Origin: Mobula hypostoma
Lineage: Eukaryota
DNA length: 64,000 nucleotides
NCBI RefSeq assembly: GCF_963921235.1
Contig: NC_086101.1
Location: 9,736,001 to 9,800,000 of the forward strand
Direction of reading: 5' to 3'
How positions within the stretch are numbered: the first letter of the stretch is position 1; the number at the start of each line of letters is the position of its first letter. The notes beneath the pieces are model-generated. The model saw only the letters and a program-made list of their open reading frames with translations. It was not told the origin of the DNA and made no database searches. Positions 25,101-37,965 of this stretch are shown here, in pieces. Both the position numbers and the translations under genes were made by a program.

Positions 25101-26039
25101 ACCGTCAGCATGCATGGATCTGTGACACTCGCTCAGCTCGTCCAAATCATGGAGAGTGTCTGAACAACTGATCCAGGCAGCACAGAAAGCAGACCCTTCA
25201 GCCCATCAAGTTCCTACTGACCTACAATTCACACCAACCCCGTTTTATTCACACCAATCAACTTTATTTGTTACATACATTTACATTAATAGCAATTTGT
25301 TGTGATGTGTTGGTCGGAGTGTGACATGCAGCAAAACAACAATATTCAGTAATTATAAAGAATTATGTTAAAATAAAGATAGTTTAAAGTACATATATGT
25401 ATTAAAATGTGCATAAATATATAAATACCTGTATGTACAATGCTTACAATGTGAACGGCATTATAAGTTGTTTTTTAAAACGCAAACAACAGGAATTCTG
25501 CAGATGCTGGAAATTCAAGCAACACACATCAAAGTTGCTGGTGAACGCAGCAGGCCAGGCAGCATCTCTAGGAACAGGTACAGTCTCTGCAGATGCTGGA
25601 CTGTACCTCTTCCTACAGATGCTGCCTGGCCTGCTGCGTTCACCAGCAACTTTGATGTGTGTTGCTTATAAGTTGTTTAAAGTGCTTACAGTGCAGTGAC
25701 TGAGTTCAAAGTTAAAAAGTAAATTTATAATCAAAGTACCTAGATAGACAGATAGATACTTTATTGATCCCAAAAGAAATTAGTGTCACAGTAGCATTAC
25801 AAGTGCACAGATATAAATTTTAGAAGAGAAGTAGAAAGAACACAGTCTAACAGGAGGGGTCATCACTTCCCTGGCTATAGGTTGACTCATTATAGAACCT
25901 AACGGCCACAGGTAAGAGTGGCCTCATATAGCGCTGTTTGGAGCAGCACCGTATATATGACACCATATACAACCATGTGATTCATTGTCTTGCGGGCATA
26001 CTCAATAAATCTCTAGATCGATAACCATAACAGAGCCAA

Positions 26040-28200
26040 TGAAAGATTGCGTCAACTTGGACGTTCAGAAGACAATAAACTGTGCAAACACAAAAAGAAA
26101 GAAATACTGATAATAATAAATAAATGTTTCAAATATCAAGATCATGAGATGAAGAGGCCTCAAAAATGAGTCCATGGGTTGTGGGAAAGTTTCAATGATG
26201 GGTCGAATGACGTCAAGTGAAGTTATCCCCTCTGGTTCAAGAGCGTGATGGATGAGTGGAAATAACTGCTTCTGGATCTGGTGGTGTGAGTTCTGAGGCT
26301 CTTGTACCTTCTTACTGGTGGCAGCAGTGAGAAGAGAGAGCATCCTGGGCGTTGGGGGTCCCTGATGATGAATGTTTCATGGAGATGTGCTCCATGGTGA
26401 GAAGGGCTTTGCCAGTGGTGGACTGGGCTGTATCCACTACTTTTTGTAGGATTTTCTATTCAAAGGCATTGGTGTTTCCATACCAGTCCATATATTCTCC
26501 ACCACACATCTACAGATGTTTGCCAATATTTTAGATGTTATGCTGAAACTCTACAAACTCCTAAGGAAGTAGAGGTGATGCTCTGCTTTCTTTACAATTG
26601 CACTTACATGCTGGGTCCTGGACAGGTTCACTGAGACAGGACACCCAGGAATTTAAAGTTACCGACCCTCTCCACCTCTGTTCCTCCAGTGAGAACTGGC
26701 TCATGGTCTCTGGTTTCTCTCTCCTGAAGTCAGTGATCAGCTCTTCGGTCTTGCTGAAATTGAGTAAGAGGCTGTTGCTATGGCACCACTTAGCTAGATC
26801 TTCAATGTCCCTCCTATACGCTGATTCATCACCACCTTTGATTCGGCCCATGGTAGCAAACTTGAATATGGCATTGGAGCTGTACTTAGCCACACAGTCT
26901 AAGTGTAAAGTGAGTAGAGCGGGGGCTAAACTCACAGCCTTGTGGTGCACTGGACTGATGAAGATTGTGGAGGAGATGTTGTTACCAATCCAAACTGACT
27001 GGGCTCTGTATGTGAGGCAATCAAGGATCCAATTTTCACAAAGAGGTACTGAGGCCAAGGTCTTGAAGTTATTGATTAATTTTGTGGAGAGGATGGTATT
27101 GAATTCTGAGCTGTAGTCAATAAAGAGCATCCTGATGTATGCATGTTTGTTATCCAGATGTTCCAGGCTGAGTGAACATAGAACATAGAACATAGAATAG
27201 TACAGCACATTACAGGCTCTTCAGCTCACAATGTTGTGCCGACCCTCAAACTCTGCCTCCCATATAACCCCCCCCCCACCTTAAATTCCTCCATAGACCT
27301 GTCTAGTAGCCTCTTAAACTTCACGAGTGTATCTGCCTCCACCACTGACTCAGGCAGTGCATTCCACAAACTAACCACTCTCTGAGTAAAAAACCTTCCT
27401 CTAATATCCCCCTTGAACTTCCCACCCCTTACCTTAAAGCCATGTCCTCTTGTATTGAGCAGTGGTGCCCTGGGGAAGAGGCACTGGCTATCCACTCTAT
27501 CTATTCCTCATATTATCTTGTACTCCTCTATCATGTCTCCTCTCATCCTCCTTCTCTCCAAAGCGTAAAGCCCTAGCTCCCTTAATCTCTGATCATAATG
27601 CATACTCTCTAAACCAGGCAGCATCCTGGTAAATCTCCTCTGTACCCTTTCCAATACTTCCACATCCTTCCTATAGTGAGGTGACCAGAACTGGACACAG
27701 TACTCCAATTGTGGCCTAACCAGAGTTTTATAGAGCTGCATCATTACATCGCGACTCTTAAACGCTATCCCTTGACTTATGAAAGCTAACACCCCATAAT
27801 CTTTCTTAACTACCCTATCTACCTGTGAGGCAACTTTCAGGGATCTGTGGACATGTACCCCGAGATCCCTGTGAAGAACCAATGAGATGGCATCTGCTGG
27901 GGACCTGTTGTGCTGGTAAGCAAACTGGAATGATTCAAGTCGCTTCTCAGGCAAGCGTTGATATGTTTCATCACCAAACTCTCAAAGCACTTCCATACTG
28001 TGGATGTAAATGATAGATGATTGTCATTAAGGCAGGTCACCACGTTCTTCTTGGGCACTGGTGTAATTGAAGCCTGCTTGAAGCCGGTGGGAACCTCAGA
28101 CTGCTGAAGCAAGAGGTTAAAGTTCTCCACCCCAGTTGATCAGTAGTGGTCAGGTATTCTGTCTGGGTCGGGTGCTTTTCATGGATTCACCCTCCTGTAC
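26040..28200 (-). mobile_element. Rex1/Babar-like RT fragment with nested CR1 3' fragment (about 27172-27870)
   Basis: RMLFIDYSSEFNTI and FKQASITPVPKK on either side of CR1 peptides (VRPQLEYCVQFWSP) and a (CTATGTT)n tail. Confidence 0.85.
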
Positions 28201-30099
28201 GGTAATACTGTAGATAGAGGGGTTGGGGGCTAACTGGAATGGTTGATTAGATTAACTGCCTGGGGGAAGAAACTTTTATGATGGCATGAAGATTTTGTTT
28301 TAACAGCTTTATAGTGCTTTCCAGAAGGGGGTGTTTGGAAAAGGCAGTTTGCTGGGTGGTAAGTGTCTGTAATGATCTTTCTCTGTCCAAATCCTTGCAT
28401 TGGTTACATGTCCTGCTGTGATCTTATTGGGTTCAGAAGTTAAGTGGTTTTGTTGCAACTTTATAAAACTCTGGTTAGGCTGGTATGTGGAGTATTGCAT
28501 ACAGTTCAGTTCGCCTCACTACAGGAAGGATGTTGAGGCTTTAGAGAGGGTGCAAAAGACATTTACTGGGATGGTGCCTGGTTTAGAGGGCATGTGCCAT
28601 CATCAGGGGCTGGATAAACTTGGGTTGTTTTCTCTGGAACGCCAGTAGCTGGGGGAAGATCTGATAGAGGTTTATAAGATTATGAGAGGCATAGACAGAG
28701 AAGACAGGGTAGAAATGTCTAATACTAGAGGGCATGCATTGAAGGTGAGAGGAGGTAGGTTCAAAGGGGATGTGAGGGTAAGTTTTATTACTTAGAGAGT
28801 GGTAGATGCCTAGAGTGCACTGCCTTGTATGGCAGCAGAGGCAAATACATTTGAGGATTTAAAAAGACATTTGGAAAGGCACAGTTGGAGGAATATGGAC
28901 ATTGTGTAGGTAGGAGGGATGAGCGTTGTTTTTGGCGGGGGGGGGGTTCATTTACTTTTTAGCTGGTTTGGTCACTTGGGATGCTGTGAGATAATAATGA
29001 TCAGGAACTTGAATTCTCCCCCGGTCCCATCAACACACTCCCACCACCAACCTCAGCATGAGGGGCTAATACAGCAGCCAATTAACAGCACATGTGAAAA
29101 CAAAGAATGACAAACACCTGATGTGCAAAAGTAGACAAATTGTCCAATTATATAAAAACTTAAATAAGTAAATAAATAATACTGTGAGGTTCAGTCCTTG
29201 GAAGTGAGCCTTTAGGTTGTGGAATCAGTTAAGAATTGAGGTGAGTGAAGTTATTTATGCGGGTCCGGGAGCCTGATGGTTGTAGGGTAATACCTCATTA
29301 TGGCTATGCACCCTTGTGGTTTACCTGCACCGCATTTTCTCAGTAACTATAACACTTTATTCTGCATTCTGTTATTGTTATACCTTGTACTACCGCAAAG
29401 CACTGTTGTAGATAAATGATCTGCATGAATCGATCAGTATTGATCTGTAAGACAAGATTTTCACTGTGCCTTGATTTCAGTTCTGGTTCCCTCATTATAA
29501 GAAGGATGTGGAAGCTTTAGAGAGGATGCAGATGAGATTTACCAGGATGCTGTCTGGATTAGAGAGCATGAGGCTGAGTGAGCTTGGGCTTTTCTTTTTG
29601 GAGTGAAGGAGGATGAGAAGTGACTTGATAGAGGTAAATATAAGATCAGGGGCAAAAGTAGAGTGGATAGCTAGGGTGGACTTGGCTAATATGGAAGGGG
29701 GGCATTATTTTAACGTGATTGGAAGAAAGTATAATGGGGATGTCATAGGTAGGTTTTTTTATACAGAGAGGGGTGGGTGCATGCCACACGCTGCCAGGGT
29801 TCGTGGGAGAGACAGATAGATTAGCAACATTTAGGAGACACTTAAACAGGAACATGGATGAAAGAAAAATGGAGGGCTATGTGGAAGGGAAGGGTTAGAC
29901 TGAATTTCCCTTTCCTCTTTTAACTGTCCATCTCCCCTCTCCATTCTCCAGGGACTCAAGTACATTCTTCATGGAGATGACTGTGCAATGACTTGAGACT
30001 AACTGGTGTGAATTCTAGAATACTGTAGTAAAAGGTTTCATGTTTATTTGTCACGTGTGCATTGATACATTCAGTGAAACCACACAATCACAAGTGCAG

Positions 30100-33000
30100 G
30101 ATCTCTGGCACTGAGTCTGGTTCTGCAGTGCAGAAGGGAGGCTGGAAGTGCGGTAGTGATAGGGGACTCGATAGTTAGAGGTACAGAAAGGACGTTCTGT
30201 GGTCGTGACAGAGACTCCCGGATGGTTTGTTGCCTCCTGGGTGCCAGGGTCAGGGATGTCTCTGATCGCTTGCATGACATTCTGAAGTGGGAGGGTGATC
30301 AGCCAGATATGATGGTACACATCAGTACCAATGACATAGGAAGAAAGAGTGAGGAGGTCATGAAGAGTGAGTATAGAGAGCTTGGTAGGAAGCTGAAAAT
30401 CAGGACCTCAAGGGTGGCAATCTCAGGATTGCTACCTGTGCCACGTGCCAGTGAGGGTAGGAATAGGATGCTCTGGAGGATGAACAAGTGGCTGAGGTAC
30501 TGGTGTAGGGGGCAGGGTTTCAGATTTCAGGATCATTGGGACCTCTTCTGGGGCAGGTGGGACCTGTACAAGAGAGACGGGTTACACTTGAACTACAAGG
30601 GGACCAATATCCTTGCAGGGAGGTTTGTTAGTGCTATTGGGGAGGGTTTAAACTAGATTTGCAGGGGGATGGGAGCCAGAGTGACAGAGCTGATAGTGGA
30701 GCGGGGGGTGAAAATAAATGATGTTAAAAGTTCATGCAAAGTCACAAATAGAAAGGTTGTGAGTGGTGGTAATAATCTTCTGAGGAGTGTCTATTTCAAT
30801 GCAAGGAGTATTGTGGGGAAGGCTGATGAGCTGAGGGCGTGGATTGACACATGGAATTATGGCATTATAGCTATTAGTGAAACATGGCTACAGGAGGGGC
30901 AGGACTGGCAGCTTAATATTCCAGGGTTCCAATGTTTCAGATGTGATAGAGGCAGAGGAATGAAAGGTGGGGGGGTGGCATTGCTAGTCAGGGAAAATAT
31001 TACAGCAGTGCTCAGGCAGGACAGATCAGAGGGCTTGTCTACCGAGGCCATATGGGTGGAGCTGAGAAACAGGAAAGGTATGACCACACTAATGGGGTTG
31101 TATTATAGACCACCCAACAGTCAGCAAGAATTGGAGGAGCAAATCTGCAGAGAGATAGCAGACAACTGCAGGAAACATAAGGTTGTGATAGTAGCGGATT
31201 TTAATTTTCCATGTATTGATTGTGACTCCCATACTGTTAAAGGCCTAGACAGGTTAGAGTTTGTAAGGTGTGTTCAGGAAATTTTTCTAAATCAATATAT
31301 AGAGATACCAACTAGAGATGATGCAATATTAGATCTCCTATTGGGAAACGAGTCAGGACAGGTGACGGATGTGTGTGTAGGGGAGCACTTTGGTTCCAGT
31401 GATCATAACACCATTAGTTTCAACTTGATCATGGATAAAGATAGATCTGGTCCTCGGGTTGAGGTTCTAAACTGGAAAAAGGCCAAATTTGAAGAAATGA
31501 GAAAGGATCTAAAAAGTGTGGATTGGGACAGGTTGTTCTCTGGCAAGGATGTGATTGATAAGTGGGAGGCCTTCAAAGGAGAAATTTTGAGAGTGCAGAG
31601 TTTGTATTTTCCTGTCAGGCTTAAAGGCAAAGTGAATAAGAATAAGGAACCTTGGTTCTCAAGGGATATTGCAGCTCTGATAAAGAAGAAGAGAGAGTTC
31701 TTCTTTCGGAAACAGGGAGTAAATCAGGTGCTTGAGGAGTATAAAAAGTGCAAAAAATACTTAAGAAAGAAATCAGGAGGGCTAAAAGAAGACATGAGGT
31801 TCCTTTGGCAGTCAAGGTGAAGGATAATCCAAAGAGCTTCTACAGGTATGTTAAGAGCAAAAGGATAGTAAGGGATAAAATTGGTCCTCTTGAAGATCAC
31901 AGTGATCGGCCATGTATGGAACTAAAAGAAATGGGGGAGATCTTAAATGTTTTTTTTTTGCATCTGTATTTACTAAGGAAACTGGCACGGAGTCAACGGA
32001 AATAAGGCAAATAAGTAGTGAGGTCATGGAACCTATACAGATTGAGGAGGAGGAGGTGCTTGTTATCTTAAGGCAAACCAGAGTAGATAAATCCCAGGAC
32101 CTGACTTGGTATTCCCTCGGACCTTGAAGGAGACTAGCGTTGAAATTTCAGGGGCCCTGGCAGATATATTTAAAATGTTGGCATCTACAGGTGAGGTGCC
32201 GGAGGATTGGAGAGTGGCTCATGTTGTTCAGTTATTTAAAAAAGGCTCTGAAAGTAATCCAGGAAATTATAGGCCGGTAAATTTGACATTGGTAGGAGGT
32301 AAATTATTGGAAGGAGTACTGAGAGATTGGATCTACAAGTATTTGGATAGACAGGGACTTATTATGGAGAGTCAACATGTAAATAATGTGTTTCCTTAGT
32401 AAATAATGTGGCTTTGTGCATGGTAGATCATGTTTGACCAATCTATTAGAGTTTTTTACAGGAGGTTACCAGGAAAGTGGATGAAGGGAAGGCAGTGGAT
32501 GTTGTCTACATGGACTTCAGTAAGGCCTTTGACAAAGTCCCGCATGGGAGGTTAATTTGGAAGATTCAGTGGCTAGGTATACATGGAGAGGTAGTAAATT
32601 GGATTAGACATTGGCTCAGTGGAAGAAGCCAGAGAGTGGTAGTGGAGGATTGCCTCTCTGAGTGGAGAGGAGTGGAGAGCTGTGACTAGTGGTGTGCCAC
32701 AGGAATCAGTGCTGGGTCCATTGTTATTTGTCATCTGTATCAATGATCTGGATAATAATGCGGTAAATTGGATCAGCAAATTTGCTGATGATACAAAGAT
32801 TGGAGGTGTAGTGGACAGTGAAGAAGGTTTTCAAAGTTTGCAGAGGGATTTGGACCAGCTGGAAAAATGGGCTGAAAAATGGCAGATTGAATTTAATACC
32901 AACAAGTGTGAGGTATTGCACTTTGGTAGGACAAACCAAGGTAGAACATACAGGGTAAATGGTAGGGCACTGAGGAGTGCAGTGGAACAGAGGGATCTGG

Positions 33001-33710
33001 GAATACAGATACAAAATTCCCTAAAAGTGGCGTCACAGGTAGATAGGGTGGTAAAGAGAGCTTTTGGTACATTGGCCTTTATAAATCAAAGTATTGAGTA
33101 TAAGAGCTGGAATGTTATGATGAGGTTGTATAAGGCATTGGTGAGGCCGAATCTGGAGTATTGTGTGCAGTTTTCGTCACCAAATTACAGGAAGGATATT
33201 AATAAGGTTGAAAGAGTGCAGAGAAGGTTTACAATGATGTTGCCGGGATTTGAGAAACTGAGTTACAGAGAAAGGTTGAATAGGTTAGGACTTTATTCCC
33301 TGGAGCGTAGAAGAATGAGGGGAGATTTGATAGAGGTATATAAAATTATGATGGGTATAGATAGAGTGAATGCAAGCAGGCTTTTTCCACTGAGGCAAGG
33401 GGAGAAAAAAACCCAGAGGACATGGGTTATGGGTGAGGGGGGGAAAAGTTTAAAGGGAACATTAGAGGCGGCTTCTTCACACAGAGAGTGGTGGGAGTGT
33501 GGAATGAGCTGCCAGATGAAGTGGTAAATGTGGGCTCACTTTTAACATCTAAGAAAGACATGGACAGATACATGGATGAGAGGTGTACGGAGGGATATGG
33601 TCCAGGTGCAGGTCAGTGGGACTAGGCAGAAAAATGGTTTGGCACAGCCAAGAAGGGCTACAAGGCCTGTTTCTGTGCTGTAATGTTCTATGGTTCTATG
33701 GTTCTATGTG
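30100..33710 (+). mobile_element. Near-full-length CR1 LINE: ORF1 SGNH esterase domain plus frameshifted ORF2 (APE-RT)
   Basis: 30156-30656 carries GDSIVRG, TND and DGLHLN (SGNH motifs). ORF2 has YFNARS, ISETW, YYRPP, SDHN, DFSKAFDKV and FADD, with several frameshifts and a (GGTTCTAT)n tail. Confidence 0.93.
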
Positions 33711-34042
33711 CTGGGGGCAATCCAGCAAATGTTGCCACACATACCAGTGCCAACATAGCATACCCTCAACTTACCAGCCCTAAGCCGTACGGTCTTTGGA
33801 ATGTGGCACCCAGAGCGAACCCACGCAGTTACGGGAAGAGAGCCGAGGGAACTGAACCTGGGTTGCTGCCTCTGTACAACGTGACAGTAACCACTATGAT
33901 ACCAAGCAGCCTTGTAATGGTGTAATGGACCAGCAAATATTGCCATGACGTGGTGGTGTAATCACTGAATAAACCTTCTTTGATAAAAGGAGAAAAATAA
34001 CTGAAGCATTGACAGCGAGTTTTCACTTTGTAGCAAAATACT

Positions 34043-34085
34043 TTTATTGAACAGAAATAAATAAATATAATACCTATCGTTAAAT
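34043..34085 (-). terminator. Candidate distal poly(A) signal of tnf with adjacent AU-rich element
   Basis: Minus strand reads ATTATATTTATTTATTTCTGTTCAATAAAAG (AATAAA at 34043-34048), with T-rich sequence downstream, in non-repeat DNA. Confidence 0.5.
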
Positions 34086-34829
34086 ATTCTCTGATATAAC
34101 CCCACTGTGCAGAGCGAACCAGCACAGTGGATTTACTTGATATCCCAGGCCATGTTTTAACATAAAACATCACATTTTTTATGTCCTTCCGACAGAGAGA
34201 GGGGCCATTTAACCCATCAGCCTGATGCTAGCCCACATGACATTCTCAATATTGCAATCCGTTCTCTCCTGCTCAAACCTGCACACCAGATTTTATCATT
34301 CACCTACTCACCAGGGGCAAATTACCTCCCTACCCACATTTTTGGGGTTTGTAAGCACCAGGGGAAAACCCACACAATCATTCCTAGATGGCACAGGAGA
34401 TCACGATTGAACCCAGGGCAGTGCCACTACCTGCCACACCACTGTGCTATCTGTAGCCTTATGAAGAGGAAAAGATGCGTGTGACCACACTGAAGATCTT
34501 GCCTGAGGCTCTCCATCGGTCCTAGTTGGCCGTGTGATATTGAGAGCAAGTTGTTGTCCCTTGCAGTAGACTCCCCCTCTCCACACAGCTGGTGAGTCCA
34601 AAGGAAGGCAGATACAGTTGGGCAAAGTAGCATAGCAGAAGTTGCCAAGTCAGCGTTGAACTCAACATAGGACTGCCCGAGATGCAAAAGTCTTAGGCAC
34701 ATATATATAGCAAGGGTGCCTAAGGGTTCTACTCCTGCTGCCTCAAAGAATAAGAAAATTTCATGACATATGTGAGTGATGATAAACCTGATTCTGATAT
34801 GGTTCTCCATTGTGGACTGAGTGGGAAGG

Positions 34830-34958
34830 GGGCAGGGAGAGGGGAATCATGGTTGGGAAAGGGAGAAGGGAGAGGGGAATCGTGGTTGGGAAAGGGGGAA
34901 GGGAGAGGGGAATCATGGTTGGAAAGGGGACAGGGAGAGGGGAATCATGGGGAAGGAG
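34830..34958. repeat. 33-bp G-rich tandem repeat, about 3.5 copies
   Basis: Unit gggagaggggaatcatggttgggaaagggagaa. Confidence 0.85.
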
Positions 34959-35203
34959 GAGTCAGCACTGCAGTACAGAAGCACCAGTCTGTATTGATCA
35001 ATAAACCAATTGCTTGGCATCAAATGACTTTGCCTGGTGTCTCAGGACTGGATGTGTCCGCACCTACGCCACCCCCTGCCCTTGGCACTCCTTCCCTGGC
35101 ACCTGTCTCACACCCCTCCCACAGCGCTCCACCCTCACCATTCCCAATATCCTTTGCTCCCACCAGATCTACAAACTCGCTCTCTTCTCCACGTTGACAA
35201 ATA

Positions 35204-35275
35204 CAGTACTGTGCAAAAGTCTTGGGCACACTGGTTATACTGTATGCATGAGCTTACGGCTTTTGCACAGTTCTG
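35204..35275. mobile_element. Tiny Tc1/mariner-type MITE
   Basis: TA|CAGTACTGTGCAAAAG...CTTTTGCACAGTTCTG|TA: inverted termini flanked by TA. A related partial copy lies at about 34683-34725. Confidence 0.65.
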
Positions 35276-37531
35276 TATAAAACTTTGATTAGGCCCCTTC
35301 TGGAATATAACATTCATTTCTGGTCATTACAGAAGGGATGTGCAGGCTTTGGAGAGGGTAAAAGACGTTTACCAGGATGTTGCTGGATGAGAGGAAAGGT
35401 TGGACTTTCTTGGGTTACTTTCTCTGGAGTGGCGTATGCTGAGGGATGAATAGACAGAAGTTTATAAGATTATGAGAGGCATAGATAGAGAAGACAGTTG
35501 GTATCTTTCTCCCCTGAGTCAAATGCCTAATACTGGAGGGCAGGCATTTAAGGTGCGGGGGCGCGTTCAAATGACGTCTTTTTTACCCAGAGTGTGGTGG
35601 GCACTTCGAATGTGCCATCTGGCGAGGTGGTGGAGGCAGATACAACAAAGGTGTTTAAAAGGCAGAGATACAAGGGGTCATCAGGTTAAATAGTTGGGCA
35701 CAACTTGCTGGGCTGAAGCACCAGGTCGTGTGCTGAACTGTTCCATGTTCTATATTGGAACAGGAGATTGGAGCAAATCAAATCATGTGATCTTGCAATA
35801 AAGGTTTTTTTTCCAATACAGTGGGGATGGAGGGGAAAGAAGGCTTGATTAGTGACTGTTACTAAACTGCATGGAAGCAACGGCAAAAATAGGGCGAGAC
35901 AGAGAAACATTCACTTCATCTACACACAAGAGTTTCTGTAGAAACTCTGAAGCAGCACATGCAGAATGTGGAGGAGCTCAGCAAGTCAGGCAGCATGAAT
36001 AAACAGTTAACATTTCGGGCTGCGGCCCTTCATCAGGACTGGAAAGGAAGGGGGAAGAAGCCAGAATGAGAAAAGGTCACACAGGTTCTACGGAGAGGAA
36101 TAAAGAGTCAACTCATGAAATGCTGACTTATTATTCCTCTTTGTGGTTGCTGTCTGACCTGCTGAGAACCTCCAGCATCTGGTGTATGTGTCACAATTGA
36201 TCTATCAGCTGTCCACTTGCAAGCTTGCTACTCTGTTCCATTCAAGCGTGTAGACTCCTGCTCACCAAACAGACTCTAGTTTCCTGGGTGTTTCTTAGTG
36301 GACCAAATAAAAAAAAAATTCCCCACTCACCTCCTCCCATAAATTACATTCAATTCGTGTTCAGTGAAGCAATAATTGAAATATGGTGACACCCCTTGGT
36401 GCGAGAAATTACTATAAATACATTCCAAGAGCGTCTGCCAGCTGCCGACCCTACCAGCCCAGAACAGTACCAGTTATCTCTGAATTCAGGCTGGTGACTT
36501 AGAAGGTGCTGGACTTCCGAGCTTAGTGTCTGCCTGGAGGTGGGCTTCCATTCCTCCTTGGGTTGTCTGGGAACCAGCGCAGACATAGCGTGAACACTTC
36601 CGGATGAAATTCCGGAGTGGGAATTTTAAGCTGCAATGGTAGAGGGATAATAAATCAGCCATGATGGAGTGGCAGAGCAGAACTGATGGGCCGAATGGCT
36701 AATTCTGCCCTATGTCTTATGGTCTAACGGTCCTATGGGTGGGGAAGGATTTGTTCTTTCCTTATTTTATTTTTTGAGAATTCCAAGGCATGAAAGGAGA
36801 TTGCTCCAAGTCTCATATCTATGATGGGGGACCATCCTCCACTTTAGTAGAGGCTGTAAGCTCATAGTTTTAAGCTTTCTTGCGAGCCTCTACCTCCATC
36901 AGTCGATCCCTTACTTCCTCTCCTTAACTCATTTCCCTCCTGGATCTCCCTGGATCTCCCTGGAGGGGATACACTTTCCACCAGGAGCCAGTTATGTTGC
37001 ATCCCTAGATTATACACCATAAGGTCATATGACATAGGAGCAGAATTAGGCAGTTCGGCCCTACAAGGCTGTTCAACCACTTGATTATGTCAGTTTTCTT
37101 TCTATCCCATTATCCTATTGTTGCTATGTACCTGATGCTCAGGGAGTCCTTCACTAACGTGTTGGTTTAAAGGGTCCTGGTTAGACCAGAGATAGAGCAC
37201 AAGGCCCCCCGAGTTCGTTCTGACTAACGACCTCCATTTACACCAACCTGGATTCTACCCACAAAGAAAGGGCAATTTGCAGAGGCCAATTACATCGGGG
37301 TACGGGAAACCAGGGCACAAGCAGAACGTACAGGCAACCCTGGAGGTCGGGATCGAGTCCGAAGCAGCCGCTCTATCCACTGTGCCACCAGTGTCGCATG
37401 GATGTCCTTGAGTTAATTTAATGTGATACATGTGCAGATACTTTCCTCAAAGTTGCAAATTCTCCTGGTAAAGCCTGCACGCTGTGGGACTCAAAATCTG
37501 AGCATCAGGGGCCCATCTCAACTCCACCCCA

Positions 37532-37947
37532 TCACAAAGCAAACACTCCAAAGAAGGTCTTGCCTTCCTTTGTGTCCAAATATGTGACCACCTGCTTGGA
37601 AACCCTGGAGAAGATCCTGTCGCCGGCCTCCAGTTCGAAGATGGCACCCTGGTAGGAGGTCTTGAACCAGGGGTCACTGTAACGCTGCTGGTGGCAGACA
37701 GACTTGGTGGCTTTCAGGAGGATTGTCTCCTCTGGGTAGGAAGGCGAGAGCTTGTGCATGTCATGGCTGAGGAAGATGGTGTTCCCATTGCACTCCCTGG
37801 CATAGAAGACCACTTGGGTGTAGATGAAGTATAGGCCGGGCTGCTGGATCAAAAGGCTGTTGTTGGAGAACTCGATGCCGTACGAGAAGGCAATGCCAAC
37901 ATCATCCTGCCAAATCAACTCCTTGGACCGGCCCTTGTCGGGATTCG
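37532..37947 (-). CDS. tnf: TNF-alpha-like gene, coding exon 4 (bulk of the TNF homology domain, to stop)
   Basis: Acceptor tttgccaatccacag|. Encodes (A)NPDKGRSKELIW...GLYFIYTQVVF...C...SY...LLKATKSVC...WFKTSYQGAIFELEAGDRI...GKTFFGVFAL*. Two cysteines lie at the positions expected for the TNF disulfide (lymphotoxin-alpha lacks it), and the C-terminus is of the fish-TNF type. Confidence 0.95.
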
Positions 37948-37965
37948 CTGTGGATTGGCAAAATC

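Noticed and set aside
30156..30656. SGNH hydrolase ORF as a host gene
   Set aside because: It directly precedes CR1 ORF2 and is the element's ORF1 esterase domain.
35930..35947. GAGTTTCTGTAGAAACTC hairpin as a Roquin-type constitutive decay element
   Set aside because: The loop does not fit the tri-loop consensus on the mRNA strand, and it is the degenerate start of a common repeat.
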